Below are positions 17,891 to 27,256 of a DNA stretch of 57,747 nt, one piece after another. This DNA comes from a virus. Taxonomy: Duplodnaviria > Heunggongvirae > Uroviricota > Caudoviricetes. The stretch's first letter is position 1, and each line of letters opens with the position of its first letter. A program made the translations under genes and the position numbers. The DNA lies in the IMG/VR virus record IMGVR_UViG_2917393062_000003, positions 1 through 57,747 of that record; one strand, written 5' to 3'. Under the pieces are notes generated by a model that was given only the letters and a program-made list of their open reading frames with translations, did no database searches and was not told the origin of the DNA.

Positions 17891-18151
17891 ATGATTGAGG
17901 TTCGATGGACAAGGACAGCCCTGAAGCAGTTACTTCGTGTGGATACGCGGTATCGGCAGGCGATAAAGGATAAGGTCGGTGCGCTAAAGGATTTTCCTCT
18001 GGTAGCTATGGATTTTAAAAAGCTATCAGGGAGTGATAATCGATTCCGTTTGAGGGTCGGAGTGTACAGGGTTATTTTTGATGTTGAGGATGGTGATCCT
18101 GTTGTCCTGGATATTAAGGAAATTAAGCGCAGAAGCACAACCACATACTAA
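17891..18151 (+). CDS. RelE/ParE-superfamily type II toxin (HigB-like by gene order)
   Basis: 86 aa; RFRLRVGVYRVIF motif; toxin gene precedes antitoxin. Confidence 0.7.
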   Translation: MIEVRWTRTALKQLLRVDTRYRQAIKDKVGALKDFPLVAMDFKKLSGSDNRFRLRVGVYRVIFDVEDGDPVVLDIKEIKRRSTTTY

Positions 18152-18211
18152 GGGAGGCTGGCGGGAAACCGCCAGTTTGCTGAACGACATTCAATCGCGA
18201 AAGGCAATGAT

Positions 18212-18586
18212 ATGAAAAACAGTGTCCAGTTTATTACTGATAATGCCGGGATTAGAACCGGGGTCATTATGTCAGTTGCTGAATATGAACGGCTGTTAAG
18301 CCTGGCAGATCCTGATGATGATTTTGAAAGCATCAAATATGAAGCCGGAGAGCATGACAATGAGACAATACCTCATGAAGTAGTATCCATCATGATTGAT
18401 GATGATGTGTCATTGTTGGCAGCATGGCGGATTTACAGGCGAATGACTCAGCAGGAAGTAGCGGAGTGTCTGGGGGTTAAACAGTCAGCCGTATCTCAGT
18501 TTGAGAGAGCAGGAGCTCCGCGAAAATCAACACTGGAAAAACTGGCTGAGATTTACAACTGCCGACCAAATCAGTTGGCTGATTGA
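18212..18586 (+). CDS. HigA-like antitoxin with C-terminal HTH_XRE
   Basis: 124 aa; HTH MTQQEVAECLGVKQSAVSQFE. Confidence 0.65.
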   Translation: MKNSVQFITDNAGIRTGVIMSVAEYERLLSLADPDDDFESIKYEAGEHDNETIPHEVVSIMIDDDVSLLAAWRIYRRMTQQEVAECLGVKQSAVSQFERAGAPRKSTLEKLAEIYNCRPNQLAD

Positions 18587-18931
18587 TTCGGTTTTCGTAA
18601 CGATTGCATTTTTCTTATCTGCTTGCCGTTGTTTGTAGCGTGTTTTTGCATGTTGTTTTGTAGTTAACCTTATGGTTGGCTGGATTTTGTTCATCCATAA
18701 AAAAATATCCCTCTCTGATCTTTAAGGTTCGCTTTTGCGGGCCTTTTTTTTTATATCCGCGCCACGCCCGGCGCACATCAAAAACCACAGAGCCTTTCAG
18801 GGGTGAGCTTACGGGATGGTCAGTGTGACTTTCTCTGTGGGCTGGTCACCCCGGGGCCTTTACTGCGCAAATCTGAATAACACTACACAAAAGGCATCTG
18901 CGGGTGCCTTTGACGGGGTGTTGTTTTTTAC

Positions 18932-18953
18932 GGGCCGCTGGTGGCCCTTTTTT
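18932..18953 (+). terminator. intrinsic terminator-like hairpin just upstream of the holin RBS
   Basis: gggcc-gctggt-ggccc followed by 6 T. Confidence 0.45.
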
Positions 18954-18969
18954 ATTTACAGGAGATGTT

Positions 18970-19356
18970 ATGGCAGAACCAGTATCCGGCACGACACAGG
19001 CCGGGCTGGCTGTTGGCGGGGTAACCGTTGTCGGCCTGTTCGACTGGATTGAGCCAGGCGTATTAATCGGGGCTTTTGCAGGTTCCATTATTTTTGTTAT
19101 GTCGGCGCGCGAATACCCGGTCTGGGGAAAATTGCTGCTTTTTATCGCGTCGCTGATGGCGGGAATCGTCGCCGCACCGTTCTCGTCTTCGGTTATCACT
19201 TTGCTGACACCGGAAAGCATTTCAGCCAGTCGTTCGGTTGGTGCGCTGGTGGCGTCTGCGGTATCGGTCCGCTTGCTAATGCTGTTGGGGAATGAGCCGT
19301 CATCATTATTTGGTCGGTTCTGGCCTAAAGGGAGAGGAGGCGATGGGGGTAAGTAA
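18970..19356 (+). CDS. putative holin
   Basis: 128 aa multi-TM protein with SD AGGAG, directly upstream of the endolysin. Confidence 0.55.
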   Translation: MAEPVSGTTQAGLAVGGVTVVGLFDWIEPGVLIGAFAGSIIFVMSAREYPVWGKLLLFIASLMAGIVAAPFSSSVITLLTPESISASRSVGALVASAVSVRLLMLLGNEPSSLFGRFWPKGRGGDGGK

Positions 19357-19624
19357 TTTTATTCTTACGCTGAATGCGTTCACCTGCGCCCTGATTGTTC
19401 TCGTCCTTCTGGCTTATCAACGAAGTGGCGCAAATTACTGCTGGAAGTCCTCTTTTTGCGCCTGGTTGCTGATGGTTGCCTGCGGCTCGGTAACCATCTT
19501 GATTCTGACCGGGGTCTATCGTCATCCGAGCATACCCGAAACTGTTATCAATATCGCACTGCTGGTGACTGTATGGGGTGCCAGGGGAAATATATCTCGA
19601 CTGGTAAACAGCAGGAAAAATTAA
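19340..19624 (+). CDS. second small membrane protein of the lysis cassette (holin/antiholin-like)
   Basis: 94 aa; strong SD GGAGGAGG; hydrophobic segments. Confidence 0.5.
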   Translation, partial: AMGVSNFILTLNAFTCALIVLVLLAYQRSGANYCWKSSFCAWLLMVACGSVTILILTGVYRHPSIPETVINIALLVTVWGARGNISRLVNSRKN

Positions 19625-19636
19625 CAGGAAAATATC

Positions 19637-20179
19637 ATGACAAAAGACGAAATTTTTGATGCCGTTCTTGGTAAAGAGGGCGGTTACGTCAACCATCCGG
19701 ATGATAAAGGTGGGCCGACCAAATGGGGAATTACGGAAAAAGTCGCCCGTGCGCACGGATATCAGGGCGATATGCGTAACCTGACACGCGGGCAGGCGCT
19801 GGAAATACTCGAGGCGGATTACTGGTATGGCCCACGATTCGACCAGATTGCGAACCTGTCGCCGGATATTGCTGCAGAACTGTGCGACACGGGCGTGAAC
19901 ATGGGACCAACTGTGGCGTCCAGAATGCTTCAACGCTGGCTGAACGTTTTCAACCTGCGCGGGAAACTGTATCCGGATATGGATGCAGATGGACGCATCG
20001 GACCTCGTACCCTCAATGCGTTACGGGCATATCTGAAAAATCGTGGCAGGGATGGAGAGCTGGTAATGCTGACCGCGCTGAACTGTACGCAGGGTGACCG
20101 CTATCTGGAGCTGGCAGAGAAACGGGAGGCTAACGAGTCGTTTGTCTACGGCTGGATGAAAGAGCGTGTGGCTGTATGA
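19637..20179 (+). CDS. endolysin (GH108-type muramidase with C-terminal peptidoglycan-binding region)
   Basis: 180 aa; EGGYVNHPDDKGGPTKWGIT motif. Confidence 0.8.
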   Translation: MTKDEIFDAVLGKEGGYVNHPDDKGGPTKWGITEKVARAHGYQGDMRNLTRGQALEILEADYWYGPRFDQIANLSPDIAAELCDTGVNMGPTVASRMLQRWLNVFNLRGKLYPDMDADGRIGPRTLNALRAYLKNRGRDGELVMLTALNCTQGDRYLELAEKREANESFVYGWMKERVAV

Positions 20180-20358
20180 AGCGAAAACACTGGACACACA
20201 GAATGCCGAGAACGGCGGCGAAATGGGCACTGGTAGCGATATTAGCGCCTTTTTTATTGGTGGGATGCGTTAGCCTGGATAAGGCGCGCCAGCTTTTCGA
20301 TACAGCTTCTCAGGTCTGTGAAATTGTCGACGGTGTTCGGCAGTGTATGCAGAACTGA
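20176..20358 (+). CDS. small lipoprotein (possible o-spanin-like lysis accessory)
   Basis: signal peptide with lipobox LLVGC; ATGA overlap with endolysin stop. Confidence 0.4.
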   Translation: MKRKHWTHRMPRTAAKWALVAILAPFLLVGCVSLDKARQLFDTASQVCEIVDGVRQCMQN

Positions 20359-20529
20359 TCGCCTGTAATAGCAGAATATTTTGCTGAAAAATGAAGGGTG
20401 CGCCAGCGTCCGGAAAGCATGAAATTCTGTGTTTGTGGCTATTCAATAAAATAAATTCTTTCTGTCGCCGCGAATACTCAAATGTTGATCAGTGCCCGGT
20501 GCGGCGACGGGCTTCGATATCAGGAGACG

Positions 20530-20829
20530 ATGATGGAAAAAACAGAAAACAAACCGATTGTAATTGGTGCTGATGCTGCTCCGTTTAAGTTTGAGTTGTC
20601 TCAACTGGTGGAGATGCGCATCAGTGATGAATGGGGTGAGGTTAAAGCTCGCGCTCAGTATGCGGATGGCGAAAACCAGTACTTACTCCACTACAAAGCT
20701 GCTGATGGTCGCGCCACGACGGAGTGGTTTGGTGAGTCAATGCTGGAAGCAACAGAAGATGATCGCCATCCAGGTTGTCCGGTATTTGCCTGCATGAAAT
20801 TACCGGAAGGCGCAGTCGTTACTGAGTAA
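20530..20829 (+). CDS. hypothetical protein
   Basis: ATG 20530 with SD AGGAG. Confidence 0.45.
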   Translation: MMEKTENKPIVIGADAAPFKFELSQLVEMRISDEWGEVKARAQYADGENQYLLHYKAADGRATTEWFGESMLEATEDDRHPGCPVFACMKLPEGAVVTE

Positions 20830-20909
20830 CAGGCATTACAGCAGCCCTTCAGTGAGGGGCTGCGATAATGCTATCGGCCTGAATATCTCTATTGAAAACA
20901 GGAGGCGAA

Positions 20910-21197
20910 ATGTCTGAGCGAAACTATGAAGCGATTGGACGCTGCGTTGTTCTGAGAAAGCGCATTGAAGAAAATCTTTGCGCACTGCAGAAAATAAAAT
21001 CGGAAATTATTTCTGCTGAAGTTCCGTTTTTATTAGATTGGCGGTTGTGTGGTGGTTATTCACTGGTGTTGAGCGTAGAAGCGAATGCAAATCGCTGTCG
21101 TGAATTGCTTGATGAGACAATGCAACTGGTCAGTGAACATAATCAGCATGCAGTGGCGGCAGGACAGGATGCAATCTGTGTTATCCACAAGGGATAA
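20910..21197 (+). CDS. hypothetical protein
   Basis: ATG 20910 with SD AGGAGG. Confidence 0.45.
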   Translation: MSERNYEAIGRCVVLRKRIEENLCALQKIKSEIISAEVPFLLDWRLCGGYSLVLSVEANANRCRELLDETMQLVSEHNQHAVAAGQDAICVIHKG

Positions 21198-21205
21198 GCA
21201 CCTCC

Positions 21206-21556
21206 ATGCCATCACGAATCCCCCGCGCATGCCGTAAGCGAGGCTGTGCAGGCACAACGACGGACAGTTCTGGCTACTGCGATAAACATCGTGGTGAAGG
21301 ATGGACACAACACCAGCGCGGACTGAACCGCCACCAGCGCGGCTATGGCTCAAAATGGACGGTGATTCGTGCCCGTATTCTGAAGCGCGATAAAGGTCTG
21401 TGTCAGTTGTGTCTGCGTGTCGGTGTGGTGCGCGAGGCGAAAACTGTCGACCACATCATTCCGAAAGCGCATGGCGGAACAGACGCAGACAGCAACCTGC
21501 AGAGTCTGTGCTGGCCCTGCCACAAAGCGAAAACAGCGCGCGAACGAATCAGGTGA
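21206..21556 (+). CDS. HNH endonuclease (terminase-associated)
   Basis: 116 aa; Cys-rich CxxC pairs and HIIPKAHGG...N...CWPCH HNH motif; directly upstream of terS. Confidence 0.8.
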   Translation: MPSRIPRACRKRGCAGTTTDSSGYCDKHRGEGWTQHQRGLNRHQRGYGSKWTVIRARILKRDKGLCQLCLRVGVVREAKTVDHIIPKAHGGTDADSNLQSLCWPCHKAKTARERIR

Positions 21557-21702
21557 TAATTATTCTCACTTGTGGGGAGGGCGGGTCAAATCCCTGCAGC
21601 CCTGGCTGTCCGGGACCGCCCGCCAACCCTTCTTCGCATCGCCGCAGGTTCGAAAACTTTTTTTTGGGAATGCGATCAAACGATTGATAGGTAAAACCGA
21701 TT

Positions 21703-22185
21703 ATGTCAGGACCCCCGAAAACCCCGCCACGCCTGCATTTGATACGAGGCAACCCCTCAAAGCGCCCCGTTAAAGACCCAAAAAAAACCGCTAAAAAGGA
21801 TGAAAAAGGTCTCCCTAAAATTCCGCAACATTTAGGGTCGCAGGGGAAGTACTGGTTCAGGCGAATGGCGGAAGAACTGAATGCGGAAGGGATCATTTCT
21901 CAGCTTGATGCGCGTGCACTCGAGTTACTGGTGGAAGCCTACACCGAATACCGGCATCACTGCGAAACACTTGATGCTGAGGGTTATACCTACCGCACGG
22001 AAACGCAGAACGGTGATGTGCTGATTAAGGCACACCCGGCTGCTGCGATGAAAGCGGATGCCTGGAAGCGGATCCGGGCGATGCTTGCAGAGTTTGGTAT
22101 GTCACCGGCAAGCCGGGCGAAAGTAAATACCGCCGGATCGGATGATGTTGATCCGCTGGCGGAGCTTTTAAAAGCGAGAGACTGA
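21703..22185 (+). CDS. terminase small subunit
   Basis: 160 aa; paralogous to 36131-36487; directly upstream of terL. Confidence 0.7.
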   Translation: MSGPPKTPPRLHLIRGNPSKRPVKDPKKTAKKDEKGLPKIPQHLGSQGKYWFRRMAEELNAEGIISQLDARALELLVEAYTEYRHHCETLDAEGYTYRTETQNGDVLIKAHPAAAMKADAWKRIRAMLAEFGMSPASRAKVNTAGSDDVDPLAELLKARD

Positions 22186-23270
22186 TGGCAAAAGTGGCTG
22201 ACGGGATCCGCTACGCCGAACGTGTTGTTGCAGGAGAAATTGTCGCTGGCGAATTTGTCCGTCTGGCCTGCCAGCGTTTTCTTGATGATCTGAAGTACGG
22301 CGAAGAGCGGGGGATTTATTTCAGTGAACCCCGTGCGCAGCACATCCTGAATTTCTACAAATTTGTGCCCCATGTAAAAGGGGCGCTGGCAGGCCAGCCC
22401 ATTGAACTGATGGACTGGCATGTATTTATCCTCATTAATATTTTTGGTTTTGTCATTCCGCTGGTCAATGAAGAGACCGGGGAAGTTGTCATGCGCAGCG
22501 ATGGCAGCGGACGTCCGGTGATGGTGCGCCGGTTCCGGACGGCGTACAACGAAGTCGCCCGTAAAAACGCAAAATCAACCCTGTCATCGGGTATCGGCCT
22601 GTATATGACGGGGGCAGATGGTGAAGGCGGTGCTGAGGTGTATTCAGCCGCAACCACGCGTGACCAGGCCAGAATTGTGTTTGAAGACGCCAAAAATATG
22701 GTCAGAAAAGCCCGGTCGACACTCGGGCGGTTGTTTGATTTCAACAAGCTGGCGATTTACCAGGAGCAGAGCGCATCAAAATTTGAACCGCTTTCCTCGG
22801 ATGCAAACAACCTGGACGGTCTGAACATCCACTGCGCCATTATTGATGAGCTGCATGCTCATAAAACCCGTGACGTGTGGGACGTTCTGGAAACGGCAAC
22901 CGGTGCCCGTCTGCAGTCCCTTTTATTTGGCATCACCACGGCTGGCTTTAACAAGGAAGGGATTTGTTACGAGCAACGCGATTACGCCATCAAGGTATTG
23001 CGAGGCTATAACAGCGACGTGGAGGGCGCGGTAAAAGACGACTCCTACTTTGCAATTATTTACACGCTCGATGAGGGAGATGATCCGTTTGATGAAACGG
23101 TCTGGCAGAAAGCGAATCCCGGCCTGGGCATCTGTAAACGCTGGGATGATCTGCGTCGTCTGGCGAAAAAGGCGAAGGAGCAGGTCTCGGCACGGGTGAA
23201 TTTTTTCACGAAGAAAGTAACATCACGCCGTAACAGCAGTGCGGCCTGTCCTGATTTTTTTAGTAACTAA
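22185..23270 (+). pseudogene. terminase large subunit, N-terminal part, interrupted at about 23212 by the inserted element
   Basis: aligns with the first ~315 aa of the intact TerL at 36471-38132, then runs into 19 codons of element DNA and a stop. Confidence 0.8.
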
Positions 23271-23342
23271 ATGAAAGAAAAAGATTTTTTCTTTTTCGTC
23301 GTTTTTGTTTTTTCTGGATGGTTCTGGCTGTTTTCATCATTT

Positions 23343-23363
23343 GTGTATTGCACTGTGTATTGC
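23343..23363. repeat. 21-bp subterminal repeat (tandem TGTGTATTGC units), left copy; candidate integrase arm-type site
   Basis: GTGTATTGCACTGTGTATTGC here and GTGTATTGCGCTGTGTATTGC at 38553-38573, direct orientation. Confidence 0.5.
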
Positions 23364-23383
23364 AAAAACGGGTTATAAATCAC

Positions 23384-24607
23384 ATGGCGCTAAACAAACT
23401 GAGCGATAAAAAACTTCGTTCCCTGCTTGGGCGCAGGAGTGAGAGGCAGGAAACCATCGCTGATGGTAACGGGCTTTCGGTACGGGTCAGTAAATACGGA
23501 TGTGTTAGTTTTGTTTTCTTTTACAGACTGGCGGGAAGGGGAACCGCGCCCATCTGGCTGACACTTGGAAAATATCCTGATCTGAGTCTCAAATCAGCGA
23601 GAGAGATGCGCGATCAGTGTCGAACTTGGCTTGCGGAGGGCAGAGATCCACGGATTCAGATAAAAATTGAACGGGAAGCCACCTTGCAACCTGTTACCGT
23701 TCGTGAGGCACTTGAATACTGGCTTGATAATTATGCAATGGATAAGCGTAGGGGAGCAGAACATATCAGGCAGTGCTTTGGTAAACATATTTATCCGGTG
23801 ATTGGTCATGTACCACTTAGTGATTGCTCTATATCTATGTGGATCAAGTGTTTTGACAAAATAAAAAAAGTAGCACCTGTACAGGCCGGAGCTTTGTTGC
23901 GTATATCAAAACAGGCGCTTAAATTTTGTAGGGTAAGAAAATACGCGATTAGTCATGAAATTGATGATCTTGAGGTCTGTGATGTGGGAAAAAAGTCTGC
24001 GCGAAGAAGCAGGGTTTTAACAGATGATGAAATCAGAGATTTATGGCGAAGTATTAATACTGATTATGACAATCACGAATTATCATATGAAAACCGAATT
24101 ATTTTACGTTTCCTGGTAGTTTTTGGTTGTCGACTGTCAGAAGTATTACTGTCGTCCTGGGTAGAGTGGGATTTTGATAAGAAATTATGGCGCGTTCCCG
24201 CTGATCATAGCAAAAATGGCAGGGAAATAATCAGACCGATTCCTGATGGCATGTTTAACTGGTTAGTTACGTTAAAAAAAATAACAGGTAACAAAGAAAA
24301 TGTGATTGGGTTTGATATGCGTCAGTGTACGGCAAGCGTAACTATCGGTAAGACATGGAAAAGGATGAAACACTCGGAGAAATGGACGGCGCATGATATG
24401 CGAAGAGTGTTTGCCACAAAACTAAGTGATCATGGTTTTGAACATAATGTGGTTGAACAGTTGCTTGGGCACACATTAGGCGGTGTTGCCGGGGTTTATA
24501 ACAGAAGCCAGTATATGGACAGAAAAAAAGAAGCTATGAACTGGTGGTACGACTATCTGAATAAGCAAATTAGTGGTGACAGTAATGATTCAAATAGTTA
24601 CGCGTGA
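23384..24607 (+). CDS. P4-like tyrosine integrase (N-terminal arm-binding-type domain)
   Basis: about 408 aa from MALNKLSDKKLRSL; catalytic motifs RLSEV, HDMRRVFAT, GGVAGVYNRSQY. Confidence 0.85.
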   Translation: MALNKLSDKKLRSLLGRRSERQETIADGNGLSVRVSKYGCVSFVFFYRLAGRGTAPIWLTLGKYPDLSLKSAREMRDQCRTWLAEGRDPRIQIKIEREATLQPVTVREALEYWLDNYAMDKRRGAEHIRQCFGKHIYPVIGHVPLSDCSISMWIKCFDKIKKVAPVQAGALLRISKQALKFCRVRKYAISHEIDDLEVCDVGKKSARRSRVLTDDEIRDLWRSINTDYDNHELSYENRIILRFLVVFGCRLSEVLLSSWVEWDFDKKLWRVPADHSKNGREIIRPIPDGMFNWLVTLKKITGNKENVIGFDMRQCTASVTIGKTWKRMKHSEKWTAHDMRRVFATKLSDHGFEHNVVEQLLGHTLGGVAGVYNRSQYMDRKKEAMNWWYDYLNKQISGDSNDSNSYA

Positions 24608-24806
24608 AGAACTTGAAAATGATAAAACAATCGACAGGATGATTAAGGAAGATGAATGTGCATGGTTAACAGCTCTTGGCAGGAGACACAGAGCATTACT
24701 TGAAAAGGAAGGAAAATTTCCACGTAAAATATGTATTGGCCCACAAACAAAAGTCTGGCGCTTATCTGAGGTGCTGGAATGGGTAAAGGGTGAATGGAAA
24801 CCCTGA
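24585..24806 (+). CDS. AlpA-family regulator
   Basis: EGKFPRKICIGPQTKVWRLSEVLEWV pattern; start ambiguous (24573, 24585 or 24639). Confidence 0.6.
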   Translation: MIQIVTREELENDKTIDRMIKEDECAWLTALGRRHRALLEKEGKFPRKICIGPQTKVWRLSEVLEWVKGEWKP

Positions 24807-24830
24807 ACTAAATTAAATGAGATATAATCA

Positions 24831-24855
24831 ACCCGTCTTTTGGCGGGTTTTTTTA
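24831..24855 (+). terminator. intrinsic terminator-like hairpin abutting the second alpA-like gene
   Basis: acccgtc-tttt-ggcgggt followed by 7 T. Confidence 0.4.
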
Positions 24856-24869
24856 TAGGTGATATTTTT

Positions 24870-25148
24870 ATGCAAAAATTTATTTATCCTACACCCGAAG
24901 AACGCATTCAGATTCTGAAAGATCATGGCGAACCGTATGATCGCCGTATACGCGAACATGAGTGTGCCAATCGTACCGGGCTTTCAAGAAGCAGACGTTG
25001 GGTACTTGAACAGGAGGGAGCATTTCCTGCTCGTGCTCATTTAGGGAAAGTGTCTGTTTCCTGGTTGCTCTCTGATGTGCTCTGGTGGGTTATGCATCCG
25101 CCAGGAGTAAAGGAAGTAAACAGCCCATACAAAAACGCCAATAAGTAA
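24870..25148 (+). CDS. second AlpA-family regulator
   Basis: EQEGAFPARAHLGKVSVSWLLSDVLWWV pattern. Confidence 0.6.
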   Translation: MQKFIYPTPEERIQILKDHGEPYDRRIREHECANRTGLSRSRRWVLEQEGAFPARAHLGKVSVSWLLSDVLWWVMHPPGVKEVNSPYKNANK

Positions 25149-25158
25149 TTACCGACAA

Positions 25159-25186
25159 CCCCGCACCACGCAATGCGGGGTTTTTT
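25159..25186 (+). terminator. rho-independent terminator
   Basis: ccccgca-ccacgcaa-tgcgggg followed by 6 T. Confidence 0.65.
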
Positions 25187-25205
25187 GTATGTGAGGTAGA
25201 AAGTG

Positions 25206-25799
25206 ATGAATAAAAATATTGCCGCGACGGGCAAGGGTGACGCACGTCATATGAAAAAATTCTGTGATATTCGTGATCTGGTCGTTCTGCGCTTTGATAG
25301 TGTGAACGTTCGCGTGGTGTATCTGAACGGCGATCCGTGGTTTGTTGGCGCTGATGTGTGTGCGGCGCTGGAAATTAGCAACGTTACCGATGCTGTTTCA
25401 GTTCTGGATAGCGATGAGGTAATGACCCTAGCTTTAACCGAGGGTCATTCAGGTAAGCGTGGTGGTGCCAGAAGTTGGAATGTTGTATCAGAATCAGGTT
25501 TTTACAAGTTGATCGCCAGAAGTCGCAAAGCTGTTAATCCTAGCACGTTCGCCCATCGTTTCAGTAATTGGGTATTCAGAAATGTGATACCGGGTATCAG
25601 AAAAACGGGGGCTTATGGTATCCCGTGGGGCGCATTACAGGATTTTTCCCGCCGCAAAGAGCAATACCAGATAAGTGCCAGCGAGAAGGGGAGGGAGCTA
25701 CAGGCATGTAAGCGCAAAAAGCGTGAGCTGGAGGAAGAAGAAAAAAGGCTGATACGTGAATACCAGCCTGAGTTTTACTTTGGTGAGCGTATTCAGTAA
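25206..25799 (+). CDS. Bro-N domain protein (antirepressor-like)
   Basis: N-terminal Bro-N pattern FVGADVCAALEISNVTDAVS...FYKLIARS...FAHRFSNWV. Confidence 0.7.
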   Translation: MNKNIAATGKGDARHMKKFCDIRDLVVLRFDSVNVRVVYLNGDPWFVGADVCAALEISNVTDAVSVLDSDEVMTLALTEGHSGKRGGARSWNVVSESGFYKLIARSRKAVNPSTFAHRFSNWVFRNVIPGIRKTGAYGIPWGALQDFSRRKEQYQISASEKGRELQACKRKKRELEEEEKRLIREYQPEFYFGERIQ

Positions 25800-26449
25800 C
25801 CACACGCGGTGTTGATTATACGGTACATCGTGTTGACCGGGAAGCTACCCACCAGCAAGGCAAAATCTTCTGCTAAAAAATGACATATGACCAGTCGTCC
25901 GGAAAGCATGAAATTTTACAAAAATGGAAAATGAAGATTTTTATTGTGCTGGTGGGTAAAAACAAAAAGCGCCCCGTTACCGGAGCGCCATTGCGAACAA
26001 TTAACCTACTGCGCAAAAAATGAATCTGTGCGGGGGGATTATATCAACCGTGGTCGAAATGACCATAGTTGCAGGATAACAGGCAAAACAAAGGCCACCC
26101 GCTACGGTGGCCCCTCGACACAAGCTACACGTTATCCCCAACGCATGAGCATAACCAACAATGCCACATTTACGGCTGGTGGGCAAATCCTGAGCTGTTC
26201 TGTAATTACAGGAACTACGGCATTGTCGCGGTTAGGTTATGCTCAACTTTTTTTCAACTCTATATCGCAAGCACGCCGTAATATATCGCCTTCATTGCTT
26301 CCGCAAAGATTCTTTTTCTCGAAGCATGATTTTAAGATAAAGGCGGCGACAATTAGAACAATCGCACAGAGTGCACAATTTTTAAGTTTTGGCATCTTTT
26401 ACTCCTATGGTTGCCGCCGTGATTCCTCACACCACGGCGCTGATAGTAA

Positions 26450-26629
26450 TTATTCTGATTCTTTGGCCTTGCGGCGCTGGCGGCGTTTGATCTCGCCACG
26501 CATGGCTGTAACGATAAACTGCGCGTCTGTTTCGTTTTCCTCTTTGACCAAATTCATTTCGCTTAAAACTTCTAGAGGGATTCTAGCCGTTTTTTGTTGT
26601 GATTTGTTGTTGGTTGTACCCGTTGGCAT
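26450..26629 (-). CDS. small regulator, possibly ribbon-helix-helix type
   Basis: 59 aa from MPTGTTNNK; very strong SD AAGGAGG; divergent from the rightward operon. Confidence 0.45.
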   Translation of the reverse strand: MPTGTTNNKSQQKTARIPLEVLSEMNLVKEENETDAQFIVTAMRGEIKRRQRRKAKESE

Positions 26630-26691
26630 TACTAGCCTCCTTACTGTTAGGTGGCGTTCAGTATACGTAGAAAAAAAAAATAAAAAAAAGC

Positions 26692-26742
26692 TTGAAGTGC
26701 AAGTCACCTAAAAGTAGCATAATCCTCAAAGGTGACTTGCAC
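26692..26742 (+). promoter_or_regulatory. rightward promoter bracketed by a perfect 13-bp inverted repeat (operator)
   Basis: -35 TTGAAG, 17-nt spacer, -10 TAGCAT; inverted repeat GTGCAAGTCACCT (26697-26709) / AGGTGACTTGCAC (26730-26742); upstream A-tract. Confidence 0.5.
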
Positions 26743-26823
26743 CTTAAAGACAAAGCCCCGCAAGTGTCGTTACCACTCACAGGGCTTCTAACCACCAACG
26801 ATAACGAGAGTATCGAGGTAGCT

Positions 26824-27030
26824 ATGTTAAATCATACCACACACCCGCAAGGGCGGGACTCGCACAACCTGAATAAATATATCTGGCGTTTTATCGCTCT
26901 GAGCACGGCACAACCGCGCGTGATTACCATTGAGGCCACCAGTGAACAGGAAGCCTGTCAGCAATCACCGGCTGGCTGCGTGATGGTATTCGCCGCCCAT
27001 ATTCGTCAGGGGGTGCACCATGTGCAATAA
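26824..27030 (+). CDS. hypothetical small protein (satellite rightward operon gene 1)
   Basis: ATG 26824 with SD GAGG. Confidence 0.4.
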   Translation: MLNHTTHPQGRDSHNLNKYIWRFIALSTAQPRVITIEATSEQEACQQSPAGCVMVFAAHIRQGVHHVQ

Positions 27031-27256
27031 CACCCGTCCGGACTCAGCCGCCGAAGCTATCAGAACGCTAATGCACGCGCTGATTGATATTTCATGCACG
27101 GCAGCAACCGCAGAAAAACACATTACCAGAGAGACGGAATATGCAGGGGCGATAATCCCGCATTCGCTGGCATATGTGCAGCTTAGTGCCGACATGGCAC
27201 TGGATGAGGCAGGCAAAATTCTTACCGCAGATATCCAGGGGGGACGCCATGCATAA
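27020..27256 (+). CDS. hypothetical small protein
   Basis: overlapping, translationally coupled ORF. Confidence 0.4.
   Translation: MCNNTRPDSAAEAIRTLMHALIDISCTAATAEKHITRETEYAGAIIPHSLAYVQLSADMALDEAGKILTADIQGGRHA

Noticed and set aside
25944-26711. 255-aa plus-strand ORF in the satellite
   Set aside because: Low-complexity, Ser/Arg-rich translation with no RBS; it spans the minus-strand regulator gene and the promoter/operator region, so it is most likely a spurious open frame.
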